A stretch of DNA of 64,000 bases from an uncultured Acidobacteriota bacterium (GCA_963713825.1 CAVQNG010000001.1:32001-96000); one strand, 5' to 3'. Positions 1-10,508 are shown, counted from the first letter of the stretch. Program-made: numbers and translations. The notes: generated from the letters alone by a model not told the origin.

Positions 1-138
1 CATGATGGCTCGTGTCCGGTCATAGTCGTATCCGGCAATGTTGAGGGAGAGAGTCTCTTCCTGTTGACCCGAATTGCATCCGGCAATCAGGAATAGAGCA
101 GCGGCAATCGTGACACCGGTTTGAATCCGTACGCTCAT
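1..138 (-). CDS. Partial (5' end) lipoprotein, 4,5-dihydroxyphthalate decarboxylase-like / ABC substrate-binding family
   Basis: Manual translation from ATG at 138: MSVRIQTGVTIAAALFLIAGC-NSGQQEETLSLNIAGYDYDRTRAIM. Lipobox IAGC and the DYDRTRA motif; runs off the window edge. Confidence 0.6.
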   Translation of the reverse strand, partial: MSVRIQTGVTIAAALFLIAGCNSGQQEETLSLNIAGYDYDRTRAIM

Positions 139-209
139 TTGTTGATCCTGTTCTGGTCTTCAGTTCTCACTACTCCAGCCCTGAAGAGCTCTCGAGTGAG
201 CATGCCTGA

Positions 210-1889
210 TTACTCGGCAGCCTTTCGAGCCGCGTAAAAATACTCCAGCAAAGCCTCAGTCTCCGGCCGGAGATTGGCGATGCCTTCATAGGGTTTGCCG
301 TGTGTCTCCTCACGATCCGGGAACCTCTTCTTCAGTGCCTCGTGACGCTGACGCATGTCGTCGAAGTACGCGACCGACCACATGCCCGTCGCCAACAAAG
401 GCTTTGTTTCCTTGAGGTCTCGATACAGATCGAATACCGGTAGCGCGAAGCCGGGCGATCCCGGCGCTGGCCAGTGTGCCTTGAACTGCTCCTTGATTGT
501 GGCCTGCAGATGAGCACCCTCGTAAGCGAACAAGTAGTCGCGACGGCCATATCCATCACCATTCAAAAGCAGCGATGTCTGATTCAATCCGTCGACGACA
601 CGGTCCCGGGGAATGTACTGATCCGCCTGTGCAATGACCGCAAGCGTCGTGTACCAGTCAGTGGCATGGACGATGTCTCCGACAAAGGTATCGGCTGGTA
701 TGACATCCGGCCAGCGGACATAGGCGTTCACCCTGATCCCCCCTTCCAAAGTGTCTCCCTTGAAGCCACGGAAGACCATTTGGGAATAGCCGGATTCAGG
801 CATGGCCTGGAACATGGGGCCGTTGTCGCTCATGACAACGACCACAGTGTTGTCTTCAACGCCGGTTTTTTGCAGCGCCGCAAACAGATCACCAAGGTGA
901 TCATCGAGGTCTTTCATGCTCTCGACCCATGTGCCACCGTTGGCGGTTACGAATGTTCTGTTTCTGCGGGTAAAATTCACCGGAATCTGTGGCCAATAAT
1001 TGAGAAAGAAGGGCTCATCCTCGGCCGCCAGCTGATTCAGCTTCTCAATCACCTGCGTTTTATAACGCTCGTTCAGAGCGTCATAGTAGGCATAATCCAG
1101 TGGTTTTCCAGCTTCTGCACCCCATTCGTGCGCTTCCTCGCCGGCAACGGCATCAACACCCAACACCCAACCTGAAGGCCGGAAGTTCTTGTCCAAGCGA
1201 TAGTTGGGTATTGTTTCGCGCACCGCAACATTGTCTGCAAGGCGATCATCTTCCGACTCGGGGGTCATGAAGTTGAAGGTCGCCTGGTTGTGAAGGGGGA
1301 AGCTGGCAGTATCAAAACCCTGGTTGTGGGGCATAGCCTGCTCAATATCGCCCTGGTGCCACTTGCCGATGTGTGCGGTGTTGTAGCCAGCCTTTTTCAG
1401 AATCTCGGCAAGGGTGACTTCATCCTTATTAAGCCCCGTTCCTTCCGGCGGCACGATTTTCGGCTCCAGCATGTGACTGCGCACGGGCAGACGTCCGGTC
1501 AAGAGGGCGGTGCGGGTGGGCGTGCAGGTGGGTTCTGAGTACATGCGGGAGAACGTTAGGCTTTCCCGGGCGAAAGAATTGATGTTCGGGGTCGTATAGC
1601 CGCGGACATGGTTCAGCACGGGGTCACCCATCTCGCCGAATCCCACGTCGTCGATCAGCACAAAGAGAATACTGGGGCGCTTTCCGCCGTTGGCATCGCG
1701 CACTTCTTCAAGCTTTTCTGCAATCGCCTCGTCTTCCTGCGCCCATCTGTCACCGTGCTGCGCCAACAGCATGTAGTGTTCCGCATCGTGCTGGATGGGT
1801 TCTTGTGCCTGAACTCTATTTGCTGGGGTCAACAGAAGGAGCCCCAAGACTGCTCCTGTAACCAAAGATCCGGATCTTTGCTTCAACAT
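210..1889 (-). CDS. Secreted Cys-type arylsulfatase
   Basis: LIDDVG, CTPTR (CxPxR)-ALLTGR, GKWH and SDNG motifs. Start placed at MLKQRSG (ATG 1889) with AAGGAGA RBS and a signal peptide. Confidence 0.92.
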   Translation of the reverse strand: MLKQRSGSLVTGAVLGLLLLTPANRVQAQEPIQHDAEHYMLLAQHGDRWAQEDEAIAEKLEEVRDANGGKRPSILFVLIDDVGFGEMGDPVLNHVRGYTTPNINSFARESLTFSRMYSEPTCTPTRTALLTGRLPVRSHMLEPKIVPPEGTGLNKDEVTLAEILKKAGYNTAHIGKWHQGDIEQAMPHNQGFDTASFPLHNQATFNFMTPESEDDRLADNVAVRETIPNYRLDKNFRPSGWVLGVDAVAGEEAHEWGAEAGKPLDYAYYDALNERYKTQVIEKLNQLAAEDEPFFLNYWPQIPVNFTRRNRTFVTANGGTWVESMKDLDDHLGDLFAALQKTGVEDNTVVVVMSDNGPMFQAMPESGYSQMVFRGFKGDTLEGGIRVNAYVRWPDVIPADTFVGDIVHATDWYTTLAVIAQADQYIPRDRVVDGLNQTSLLLNGDGYGRRDYLFAYEGAHLQATIKEQFKAHWPAPGSPGFALPVFDLYRDLKETKPLLATGMWSVAYFDDMRQRHEALKKRFPDREETHGKPYEGIANLRPETEALLEYFYAARKAAE

Positions 1890-2093
1890 AGCTATTCTCC
1901 TTTCGGAATCTGACTGTCGTTTCTTCATATCGAATCTTTGGGAGTTACCCTCACCTCTGGGTTCTCTCATATGATCGAACTTCCGACCTCGTCGAGGGTG
2001 ATTCAACTCGTGTTATACCGTTTTCTAAGGCAGGGCGACATCAAAAAGTTGCACGGGTCGATTCTTGGATGGAGCCGACGGTGAATCTTAGCC

Positions 2094-3098
2094 GTGGTAG
2101 AGAAGTACAAGGTGGAAATGAGCCCCGGAACATCAAACCGTAACGCGACGATTCACGCCGCGCACCAGGACTGCGACAGCCTGGAAGACTTCGCAGACGC
2201 CACCAGTGGATGGGAGCTCGATTGGCAGCAACTGGATCGGGGGCCGTTCAAGGCGAGAGTACTGCAGGTCGAGACGCCGTCAACCTTGGTGAGTCAGTTC
2301 CGGGTCAACCGAAAGTTTCACCAGCGGGGCGTGAGCCCTCCCGGGATGCGGACATTCGGAATTGTCGGTGTTCATTCATCCCCGGTGGAGTGGAAGGGCC
2401 GCGAGTGGTCGAAGAATCAGATCGAGGTCTTTCCCACATCTGATCTCTACGAATCCTTGTCACACCCAGGATTCCGAGGCGACGGGTTGTCGATCCCGGA
2501 GGACCGAATCCGGTCGACGGCCAAGACGCTTGGTCTTCCAGATCCTCTCGAGCGCTTGCCCGCAGGGTCTTGTTTCGTCGAGTCGGATCCTAGTCGGATG
2601 GAAGCACTTCGACGAAGCCTGGACCAGTTGTATTCAGCAGTTTCGACCCAGGGCGATGTCACGCTCGATGAGGCGGCATGCTCCGAGATAGAGTTCGAGA
2701 TCCACTCTGCGCTCGTATCTGTTCTCGGGTCGGGTCTCAATACCGATGTTCACTCCCCACCTGCGACCGTTCGATCCAGAGCATTGCGGCTGGCTCTGGA
2801 TTACATCGAAGCCAGGGCCGACGCTGCGCCGAACATTAAAGACATTTGCCTCGCTTCGGGCGTGAGCTATCGGACCCTCAATTACGCCTTTCTCGAGCAT
2901 TTTGGGGTCGCGCCCAAGCAGTACCTCCAAGCGGCGCGTCTTGACGGCGTGCGCAAGGATCTCCGAAAGCTCAGACCGCATTTCGCCATCATCGACGCGG
3001 CCAACCGCTGGGGCTTCTGGCACATGGGCCAGTTTGCGGCGGATTACCGTCGCCATTTTGGCGAGTTGCCGTCGGAAACGCGCGATCGTGTGAAGTAG
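2094..3098 (+). CDS. AraC-family transcriptional regulator (EutR-like)
   Basis: C-terminal double HTH (IKDICLASGVSYRTL...AANRWGFWHMGQFAADYRRHFGELPSET); N-terminal W-QL-xG-F motif; divergent from the sulfatase. Confidence 0.9.
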   Translation: MVEKYKVEMSPGTSNRNATIHAAHQDCDSLEDFADATSGWELDWQQLDRGPFKARVLQVETPSTLVSQFRVNRKFHQRGVSPPGMRTFGIVGVHSSPVEWKGREWSKNQIEVFPTSDLYESLSHPGFRGDGLSIPEDRIRSTAKTLGLPDPLERLPAGSCFVESDPSRMEALRRSLDQLYSAVSTQGDVTLDEAACSEIEFEIHSALVSVLGSGLNTDVHSPPATVRSRALRLALDYIEARADAAPNIKDICLASGVSYRTLNYAFLEHFGVAPKQYLQAARLDGVRKDLRKLRPHFAIIDAANRWGFWHMGQFAADYRRHFGELPSETRDRVK

Positions 3099-3307
3099 AT
3101 CATACGCTCCGAGATGTTTGCTTGATGTTTGCACGAGCCCTAAGTCGAGCCGAGGATTTGCGAGCTTGGAGTCGGCTGGTCCGGGGCGTCGGCTTCGGGC
3201 TGACGCGATTAGAGATCCGCCGCGACAGCATCATCCCTCGAGCGCGACCCGTTGATCGGGAAGGAGCCGTCCGCTCCTCAGCGAGTTGCGGGAAATGGGT
3301 TCCAGGA

Positions 3308-4165
3308 CTATCTGTGCGGTCGGGCCTGAACGTGGGGTGGGGAGGGGTAAAGCTGGAGGCTGGTGTCAGTCTGGGCAATGCGGACAGCCGGGTAGATGCG
3401 AAGGACATCTGTGAGGTGAGTCAGGGCCTTGCGCCGGAAGTCTCGCCGGCGGGAATAGTCGGCTCCGAACTGGGCCTCGAGACTCTCCCAGGGAATCGAC
3501 GTCGGCTTTCTTAGATAGCTCATCCGGTAGGTAAGCCACACGTAGAGGTCGATTGCCAGGGGTGAGCCGCGCAAGCGGCGGATCGCTCGCAGATCCACGG
3601 GGACCGCGGAACGGGTGATCTCCCGGAAGAAGTGACGGTCGAGAACCACCCTGGGATCCCAAGTCGATCGACGCAGGAGAAGGCTTGAGGCGAGTGCTTG
3701 CAAGGACGGATTGGATGTGGATACGAAGCGTTGACTTCGGGCCCCGGTGCAAGTGTCCTCATATGATCGCCAACTCCATCGTGTCGATAGGAGCCGGCGG
3801 AGCTGATCCTCCAGTCGACGTGCGGTGCCACGCGGTCCGCTGATCGTCGACAGACCCAGCTTTCGTGCTAAGTCATTGGGCGTAGCGCCGGGATGAATCT
3901 CGGGGTTCTTGGTTCGAACCGCTTCAGTGGTCAGGTAGACGAGAAGCAGCCGCGGATAAGAGCCGTAGGGTAGGCCGACACGCCGAGGTGCCCGCAGTCG
4001 GAGCGTGTGGCGACCGTTCACCCGCTTGAACCGGTGGCTCTGTGGCCGGCGATGGGGGAGGGTGGTGAGGACCAGGAGGCGCGGCATGAAGCCGAGTGCA
4101 CCCGCGGTCAGGGCGTCCTCGGACTCCAGAGACGAGAGATTCTCCGCTGGGCTCACGAGAGCCAT
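3308..4165 (-). CDS. repA: Plasmid-type replication initiator RepA (RepA_C / IncW-like), copy 1
   Basis: GFMPR..LP.R.P, R.NG, GLPYGSYPRL..TTEAVRT, PVDLRA..L..SPLAIDLYVWLTYR, PWESLEAQFGADY motifs. ATG 4165 is conserved across the three copies. Confidence 0.85.
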   Translation of the reverse strand: MALVSPAENLSSLESEDALTAGALGFMPRLLVLTTLPHRRPQSHRFKRVNGRHTLRLRAPRRVGLPYGSYPRLLLVYLTTEAVRTKNPEIHPGATPNDLARKLGLSTISGPRGTARRLEDQLRRLLSTRWSWRSYEDTCTGARSQRFVSTSNPSLQALASSLLLRRSTWDPRVVLDRHFFREITRSAVPVDLRAIRRLRGSPLAIDLYVWLTYRMSYLRKPTSIPWESLEAQFGADYSRRRDFRRKALTHLTDVLRIYPAVRIAQTDTSLQLYPSPPHVQARPHR

Positions 4166-4510
4166 CAACGACAGCACCTGACAACAGAGAGGTAACAATT
4201 TTGGTAACAATGAAGGACAACAGATGCCCGTAATCGACAGCAGACGGCAATTACGCCTGTCGGCGTAAGTCGCGTGTTTTGTTGCGGTTGCGTGCTGTCA
4301 TCTGTTGTGGAGTGTGAGTTTTCAAAGGACTTAAAATCCCCCAGCCGAAAGGCTATCCGGGTTCAAATCCCGGCTCCGGCACCAAGTTAACTTACACAAA
4401 TAGATGGACTTACGGAGCTTCGGGATATCTTCGTCCGGGCGCTCTTTGGGGCAGTGGTAACAATTTTGGTAACACTGAACCACAACAGATGGCCGCAGTC
4501 GACAGCAGGG
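4160..4510. repeat. att-like junction 1 (repeat / tRNA-Leu 3' half / repeat)
   Basis: GGTAACAATTTTGGTAACA at 4191-4209 and 4456-4474; TTACGCC-TGTC-GGCGTAA palindrome at 4251-4268; homologous to 33290-33635 and 44795-44965. Confidence 0.85.
4327..4384 (+). tRNA. tRNA-Leu(UAA) 3' fragment (att core, not an intact tRNA)
   Basis: GGA-CTTAAAA-TCC anticodon loop, long variable arm AGCC-GAAA-GGCT, T-arm CCGGG-TTCAAAT-CCCGG, CTCCGGC-A-CCA end. No D-arm or 5' acceptor strand (GCCGGAG) upstream. Confidence 0.85.
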
Positions 4511-4636
4511 TGCATCGCATCTGCATTCAGGGCCTGGGGACCGGTTGTGGTCGAGCAGCACAGCGTTCGGTGATCAGCGGGGCGGACCGGGGCGTCGTTG
4601 AGAAGCACTCGCGCGGTCAGGTAGGCTTGCTGCATC

Positions 4637-7414
4637 GTGGAGCACGACACGACCCTCCTGCGCACCAAACTGCACCGGCCGACAGTGGCCGGCGACCTGG
4701 TGGATCGCCTGCGGCTGGACGAGCTGATGGACTCTGCTTTGGAAGTGCCACTGACCCTGGTCTCGGCGCCGGCAGGGTACGGCAAGAGCATGCTCGTCAG
4801 TCACTGGTCCGAGTCGCAGGAGATGGCTCACACCTGGGTATCTCTCGACGAGGCGGACAGCGACCTGTCGGTTTTTCTGAGCTACCTGCTGGCCGCGGTG
4901 AGGAAGATCCTTCCTGAAGCCTGCCCAGAAACGGAAGCCCTGCTCCGCGCCCCCAATCTGCCACCGCTGAATGTGCTGGCCAGCATTCTCACCAACGAAC
5001 TGGACGCGATTGAAAACCCGTTTGTTCTGACTCTGGACGACTATCACGGCATCGAGCCGGCCTCCGAGGTGCACGACCTGCTCAGGCTTGTCCTGGAGCA
5101 TCCTCCGCAGCCCCTCCACCTGGTGCTGGTGACCCGGCGAGACCCGCCCCTGCCGATCGCGTCGATGCGCGCTTTGCGTCAGGTGAACGAAGTGCGGCTT
5201 CAGGATCTTCGGTTCAACGACCGGGAGACTTCGGACTTCCTTGTCGCCACCGCCGGCCTCGAGATCAGTGACGATTCCCTGGCCAACCTGCAGCGGCAGA
5301 TCGAAGGTTGGGCTGTGGGCTTGAGCCTGGTCTCACAGTACCTACGCCATCACGAGGATCCCGAGGAGTTCTTGAAGAGCTTGAGCGGCGGCATTCAACT
5401 CACCCAGCAGTACCTCGTGCAAGAGGTCATCGCGGGACGCTCGCCCTTGATGCAGGAGTGGTTGTTGAGGACGTCGATCCTCGACCGGTTCTGCCCTGCC
5501 CTGTGCGATGCGGTGTGCGCTGGTGAAGGGGAGTCTGGAAGCGATGATCTCGATGGCGATCAGTTCATTGAAGCGCTGCTGCGGGTCAACCTCTTCGCTA
5601 TCTCCCTGGACAGTCGGGGGAAGTGGTTTCGGTATCACCATCTCTTTCGGGAGTCGCTCGAGAAAGAGCTGCAGCGCCGCCTGGAACCGGGCGAGATCTC
5701 CGCACTCCACCTGCGAGCCAGCGAGTGGCTGGAGTCCCGTGGGCTGATCACCGAGTCGATCGAGCATGCCCTGAGAGGCGAAGACGTCGAGAGCGCAGCC
5801 GACCTGATCGAACGGCATCGGCATCGGGAAGTGAATGCAGATCGCTGGTATGTCGTCGGCAAGTGGATGGCGAGGCTACCGCCAGAGATCAAGCAAGAGA
5901 GGCCCGGACTCCTTTTGGCGCAGGCATGGATTGCCTTTTGGCGATTCGAGCTTCCGAGACTCCCCCCGCTCCTCGACCAAGCGGCTCGGGTCCTAGGCGA
6001 CGTTTCGGTGGAGCCGGAACTTGCGGGAGAGCTGGATTTCCACCGCGGCAACCTGGCGTATTGGGACGGTGACTGCGAAGGTGCCGTGAAACCTCTGGAG
6101 CAGGCGCTGGAGAAGACCAGGGGAATCGGCGGCATCGTCGCGGGCAACGTCGAGATCATGCTCGGCCTGGCCCGCTGCATGAGTGGCCGACGCGAAGTGG
6201 CAATCGAGGCTCTCAACGACCGGATTCGGACGGTTGATGCCCAAGACGTGATGCTCCTCTCTCACCTGATCGCCACTCTCGTCTATATCCATATCGCGTC
6301 TGGCGATCTGGCCTCGGCCCGTCTCGCTGCGGATCAACTGCGGTCGATCTCGAAGAGAGCACCGATGCACAACACCGCCGCCTGGGGTCACTACTTCGTG
6401 GCGTGTACGTGCTTGCACTCACTCGAGCTGGGCCGGGCAGCCCAGGGCTTCGCCGACTCGGTTCAGCGCCCATATGTCTTCGAGCCACGAGCGGCTGTCG
6501 ATGCTTTCACGGGTCTTGCGCTCGCGCAACAGCTGGCCGGAGAGGACGGGCAAACTGAGAAGACCATGGCGCGCCTTTTCAGTTTCGTTCAGGCAATGAA
6601 CTCTCCTGACTACTTGATCATGGCCCATGCCTGTCGTGCCCGACTGTCCGTTCTGCAGGGCGATGTGAGGTCCGCTATCGAGTTGACAGGCTCCCTCGGC
6701 GAGGATTCCGCTCTGCCAGACCTGTTCACCTGGCTCGAGATCCCTGCGATCACCCATGCGAGGGTCCTGATCGCGGCGGGGTCCAAGCAGGGCCTGACCC
6801 GGGCAAACGAGTTGCTCCAGACCATCCGCGAACGAAGTGAGACCTGGCGGCTCAGGTGCCAGACGATCGAAGTAACGGTACTTCTGTCCTTGGCCCTGGA
6901 AAAGCGAGGACTTGCCACAGAGGCCGTCGAAGCTCTCCAAGAGGCGGTAGAGCTGGCGCGGCCAGGGGGCTGGGTGCGGCCCTTCGTCGAGGCTGGCCCC
7001 ACGATGGCCGAGATGCTCGAGCGTCTGGACGAGCAGGAGGAATCTGCTGGATTCGTCCAGCGAGTGTTGACGGCCTTCGCTGCAACCGGCGCTCCTGCGC
7101 CGCCGCCGGCCCCGCTCGAGGAGCCGAGTGCTACTGCAACTGCTGCTGCGGCCCCTGCCCCGACCCCGAAGGCTCTCGACGATTTGACCGATCGCGAGCT
7201 CGACGTGCTCGAGCTGCTGGCGCAGCGCCTGCAAAACAAGGAGATCGCCGCTCAGCTCTGCATCTCCACCCATACGGTGAACTATCACCTCAAGCACATC
7301 TACGACAAACTCGGTGTCCAGAGCCGCCGCCAGGCTGTCGAGCAAGCCGTGGAGCGTGGGATCCTCGATCGATCTCGGCTCTGGGGCAAACCGTCCGCGC
7401 CGCGCCGCCAGTGA
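4637..7414 (+). CDS. MalT-like large ATP-binding LuxR (LAL) transcriptional regulator
   Basis: LLRTKLHRP start, P-loop [31 protein letters not shown]-terminal LuxR HTH ([11 protein letters not shown]...[19 protein letters not shown]). Confidence 0.93.
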   Translation: MEHDTTLLRTKLHRPTVAGDLVDRLRLDELMDSALEVPLTLVSAPAGYGKSMLVSHWSESQEMAHTWVSLDEADSDLSVFLSYLLAAVRKILPEACPETEALLRAPNLPPLNVLASILTNELDAIENPFVLTLDDYHGIEPASEVHDLLRLVLEHPPQPLHLVLVTRRDPPLPIASMRALRQVNEVRLQDLRFNDRETSDFLVATAGLEISDDSLANLQRQIEGWAVGLSLVSQYLRHHEDPEEFLKSLSGGIQLTQQYLVQEVIAGRSPLMQEWLLRTSILDRFCPALCDAVCAGEGESGSDDLDGDQFIEALLRVNLFAISLDSRGKWFRYHHLFRESLEKELQRRLEPGEISALHLRASEWLESRGLITESIEHALRGEDVESAADLIERHRHREVNADRWYVVGKWMARLPPEIKQERPGLLLAQAWIAFWRFELPRLPPLLDQAARVLGDVSVEPELAGELDFHRGNLAYWDGDCEGAVKPLEQALEKTRGIGGIVAGNVEIMLGLARCMSGRREVAIEALNDRIRTVDAQDVMLLSHLIATLVYIHIASGDLASARLAADQLRSISKRAPMHNTAAWGHYFVACTCLHSLELGRAAQGFADSVQRPYVFEPRAAVDAFTGLALAQQLAGEDGQTEKTMARLFSFVQAMNSPDYLIMAHACRARLSVLQGDVRSAIELTGSLGEDSALPDLFTWLEIPAITHARVLIAAGSKQGLTRANELLQTIRERSETWRLRCQTIEVTVLLSLALEKRGLATEAVEALQEAVELARPGGWVRPFVEAGPTMAEMLERLDEQEESAGFVQRVLTAFAATGAPAPPPAPLEEPSATATAAAAPAPTPKALDDLTDRELDVLELLAQRLQNKEIAAQLCISTHTVNYHLKHIYDKLGVQSRRQAVEQAVERGILDRSRLWGKPSAPRRQ

Positions 7415-7448
7415 GACGGTACCTGCCGTAGGCGCTGGGCGGAGTCAA

Positions 7449-7516
7449 CCCCCTTATTTCCCCCCCATTTCCCCCACACTCCTGGGGATGCGGGCCTACC
7501 GCGGAGTGCTTAGGCT
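7449..7516 (+). promoter_or_regulatory. Conserved C-rich activator box/promoter, copy 1
   Basis: CCCTTATTTCCCCCCCATTTCCCCC...GGGGATGCG-N18-TAGGCT. Confidence 0.7.
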
Positions 7517-7526
7517 AGGGGTGGCC

Positions 7527-8594
7527 GTGAAGACGACTGCCAGATCGAGGTATCTTGCGACGCTGATGATGGCCTCGAGCTTCATCGGTTGTGTCGCGCA
7601 CACCAGCTCACCACCCGCCTCCATGCCACCAGAGTCTCTCGAGCTCCGCGAGCCGTCTGCTACTCAGCTCTTCTCCTACGAGCGCCGAGAGATTCCGTTC
7701 AAGAATCGGATGCTGGACAAAGAAGAGACGTCGCTCTATCGCGTGCGCTACGTCCGCTTTCCCTCGATCGGTGACAACGGTCAACCGGGCAATCTCGTAA
7801 GGGGCAAGTACTACGAAAGCAAGTTGCAGGGTCGGAAGCCCATGGTCGTGGTGCTGCCTATCTGGGGTCGGCATGTCTATCCACCCGAAAAGATCACCGC
7901 TCATTTGCGGCGACGCAGCCGCGGCCACGTCAATGTCTTTCAGATGGAGGGTCCGAATCACCTTCTCGATTGGCAGGGCCTGGCCTCCGCCCCAGATGAG
8001 GCGTCCTATCTGGATCTCTGGAAGCAGGGCGCGCAACGTGAGTGGGTGGCGATCACCGATATTCGCCGCATCCTCGATTGGGCGAAAACCAGGCCGGACT
8101 TGGACTCCGAACGCATCGGTCTGGTGGGCTTCAGTCATGGAGCCATGGTGGCCGGGGCCGTGGCGGCGCAGGAGCCCCGATTAGCTGCGACCGTTCTGGT
8201 CATGGGTGGTGCGCTGGCCCACCAGGTGCTGGCGCAGTGCCCGCTGACCCGTAGCGCCCCGGCCAGATCGAAGGCCGTGACCGAGTTTGGATGGAGCCCG
8301 GACGAGCTCGAGCAGCGGCTCCAGCCGATCTTCGCGCCCCTGGATCCGGCAAGCTATCCGGGAAGGGTCGATCCGCAACGGGTGCTGATCGTCGAGGCGG
8401 CGCAGGATCAGTGCATGACCGAGACCGCCCGTGAGGCACTCTGGGAGTCGATGGGTCAACCGGAGCGGATACTCATTCCGACTCGGCACAAGCGGGCCTT
8501 TCTGGGAATGACACCGCTGGGATTCAACTGGCTCCGTCACCGGATTGGCGACTTCCTGCTGCGAACCTTGGAGCTGCCAGGGGAGATCCCCTAG
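7527..8594 (+). CDS. Alpha/beta hydrolase, probable lipoprotein
   Basis: GFSHG nucleophile elbow after D.ERIGLV; FIGC lipobox-like. GTG start chosen downstream of the promoter motif. Confidence 0.75.
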   Translation: MKTTARSRYLATLMMASSFIGCVAHTSSPPASMPPESLELREPSATQLFSYERREIPFKNRMLDKEETSLYRVRYVRFPSIGDNGQPGNLVRGKYYESKLQGRKPMVVVLPIWGRHVYPPEKITAHLRRRSRGHVNVFQMEGPNHLLDWQGLASAPDEASYLDLWKQGAQREWVAITDIRRILDWAKTRPDLDSERIGLVGFSHGAMVAGAVAAQEPRLAATVLVMGGALAHQVLAQCPLTRSAPARSKAVTEFGWSPDELEQRLQPIFAPLDPASYPGRVDPQRVLIVEAAQDQCMTETAREALWESMGQPERILIPTRHKRAFLGMTPLGFNWLRHRIGDFLLRTLELPGEIP

Positions 8595-8605
8595 GATTCT
8601 GCGAC

Positions 8606-8672
8606 TCCCTTAATTCCCCCTCGATTCCCCCTTATTCCGAGGGATTCGGGGCCTGCCGGGGACACACAGAAT
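8606..8672 (+). promoter_or_regulatory. Conserved C-rich activator box/promoter, copy 2
   Basis: CCCTTAATTCCCCCTCGATTCCCCCTTATTCCGAGGGATTCG-N18-CAGAAT. Confidence 0.75.
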
Positions 8673-8698
8673 GTAGCTGTGGCCCACGGAGGTGTGAG

Positions 8699-9670
8699 AT
8701 GAAGTTCGAAAGGTCGCTTTTCGCCAGCGTAATCGGCTGCTGCCTGGCTATCGCCTTGCTAGCCAGCCCGACCGAGGCCCAGTTCCTGGGTCACAACTTC
8801 ACCGGTGACATGGGTCTGATGTCCGGCACCCAAGGGCCACCCGGTTGGAATGTGGCGGCAGTGTATCTGCGCTACGACGGCGAGACCCTGCGTGGCCCTG
8901 ACGGGGAGTCGATCGCGATCGACCCTGACGAGCAGGGCTCGTTGGATGCCAACGCCTATGCGGTCGCCATCACCTGGGTTGCCGAGAAGAAGATCCTGGG
9001 CGGCAACTACAGCTTCGGGATCTTTCCCGCCTTCACCGACAACAGGTTCGAAGTGCCGATTCTCAGTCTGGATGAGAAGGTCGATACGGGCTTTACAGAT
9101 ATCTACATCCAGCCCATCAACCTCGGTTGGCACAAGGAGCGCGCCGACTACATCGCGGGTGTGGGGATCTATGCCCCCACGGGCAGCTACGACGTCAGCG
9201 CCGACGACAATCTCGGATTGGGAATGTGGAGCTTCGAGCTCTTCGGTGGGACCACGGTCTATCTCGACAAGGCCAAGAGCTGGCACTTCGCCACCTCGGC
9301 CTTCTACGAGATGCACTCCGAGAAGAAGGACACCGACATCAGAGTCGGCGACATCCTCACCCTCGAGGGCGGCCTGGGCAAGTCCTGGATGCAAGGTGCG
9401 CTGACCTTCGGGATCGCGTACTTCGCCCAGTGGAAGGTCACCGAGGACCGGGCCGGAGAGCTGCAGCCCATTCTCGACGAGCTCCAGCTCGGCAGACACC
9501 GGGGCTACGGTTTCGGACCGGAGCTGACCGTGCCGATCGCCACAAGCAAGAAGCTGATCGGCTTTATCAACGCTCGCTTCCTGTGGGAAACGGGCATCCG
9601 CAGCCAGCTGGAGGGAACTGTCTTCACCCTGGCCGCCTCGTTCCCGATACCGAGCATCGCGCTGCAATGA
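8699..9670 (+). CDS. SphA / MetA-pathway-of-phenol-degradation family outer-membrane channel
   Basis: Signal peptide; ..D.Y.QP..LGWH, APTGSYD...N.G motifs; amphipathic beta strands. Confidence 0.8.
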   Translation: MKFERSLFASVIGCCLAIALLASPTEAQFLGHNFTGDMGLMSGTQGPPGWNVAAVYLRYDGETLRGPDGESIAIDPDEQGSLDANAYAVAITWVAEKKILGGNYSFGIFPAFTDNRFEVPILSLDEKVDTGFTDIYIQPINLGWHKERADYIAGVGIYAPTGSYDVSADDNLGLGMWSFELFGGTTVYLDKAKSWHFATSAFYEMHSEKKDTDIRVGDILTLEGGLGKSWMQGALTFGIAYFAQWKVTEDRAGELQPILDELQLGRHRGYGFGPELTVPIATSKKLIGFINARFLWETGIRSQLEGTVFTLAASFPIPSIALQ

Positions 9671-9709
9671 GACCCCAGTTGGGTCTGAACATCAAGAAAG
9701 GACTATGAA

Positions 9710-10057
9710 ATGGGACTTTTTGGAGACGACAAGAGGCAGGACGAACAGATTGCGGCCCTGGAAGAGCATATCCGCATCCTGACCGAGACGGTTCAGGCCA
9801 ATCAGGTGGATCTCATTGAGGGCCGGATCGTTCTGCTGGCGCTGCAGGCGCAAATTAATGAGAAGGTGTCGGCAGCAGATGTCGACCCGACGATTGTTCA
9901 GCTCAACGAGGAGCTGACGACCGCACGGGATCAGCTCGAAGAGGCCACGGCCGCCGCCTCGGAGAGCTGGGCGACCCTGCAGCAGGGGGTCCGTGACGCG
10001 TTCGAGACGCTGCGTACCAGCGTTCGTCAGGCGGCGGAGAGGGTCAAGCAGAGCTGA
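9710..10057 (+). CDS. Hypothetical coiled-coil protein
   Basis: 115-aa ORF with AAGGA RBS and heptad-rich sequence. Confidence 0.65.
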   Translation: MGLFGDDKRQDEQIAALEEHIRILTETVQANQVDLIEGRIVLLALQAQINEKVSAADVDPTIVQLNEELTTARDQLEEATAAASESWATLQQGVRDAFETLRTSVRQAAERVKQS

Positions 10058-10114
10058 CGCAGGCAGCACTCCTGACTCGACGTACAACCCAGAGGGTGTC
10101 GTAAGGAGGCCCCA

Positions 10115-10474
10115 ATGCCAGATCTGGAAGACCAAGCACTCGAGGTAGATTCGTCACAGGACCGTGCCGAGACAGAACCCTCGGGTATTGCTTTGCCGAG
10201 CTTGCAGTCCATAAGCTGGTCGCTCATCGCTGGCGGTGCCCTGGGTGCCCTCGCCAACCTGCTGACCGGCCGGCGCAGACTGATGGACTGGATTGTGCCC
10301 GTGAGTCTCCTCGGCCTCGGAGCCGGCGTGCTGCTCCAACAGCGTCAGACCCGATTGGAAGCTACTCAGCAGACCATCATCGCCGAGCTCGACGCCTTGG
10401 ACCCGATCGCCCGAGCTCAGGTGTTGCAAGCGGTCGCCAAGGAGCAGCTCGGCTGGGATTCCGACGACGACTAG
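10115..10474 (+). CDS. Hypothetical small membrane protein
   Basis: AGGAGG RBS; two hydrophobic segments. Confidence 0.65.
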   Translation: MPDLEDQALEVDSSQDRAETEPSGIALPSLQSISWSLIAGGALGALANLLTGRRRLMDWIVPVSLLGLGAGVLLQQRQTRLEATQQTIIAELDALDPIARAQVLQAVAKEQLGWDSDDD

Positions 10475-10508
10475 GGCGTGTCCTGGTCGGCGAGCTCGAC
10501 GCCAAGTC

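Noticed and set aside
4166-4210. N-terminal extension MLPKLLPLCC of RepA from the ORF track
   Set aside because: It is the translation of the DNA 19-mer repeat; the conserved downstream ATG is preferred, though the start is unproven.
4300-4384. Intact tRNA-Leu gene (also 33430-33511)
   Set aside because: No D-arm or GCCGGAG 5' acceptor strand, and only 3 bp of the anticodon stem pair; treated as att fragments.
4191-4474. CRISPR array from the GGTAACAATTTTGGTAACA repeats
   Set aside because: Only two copies per locus, ~265 bp apart, with conserved rather than unique spacers and no cas genes.
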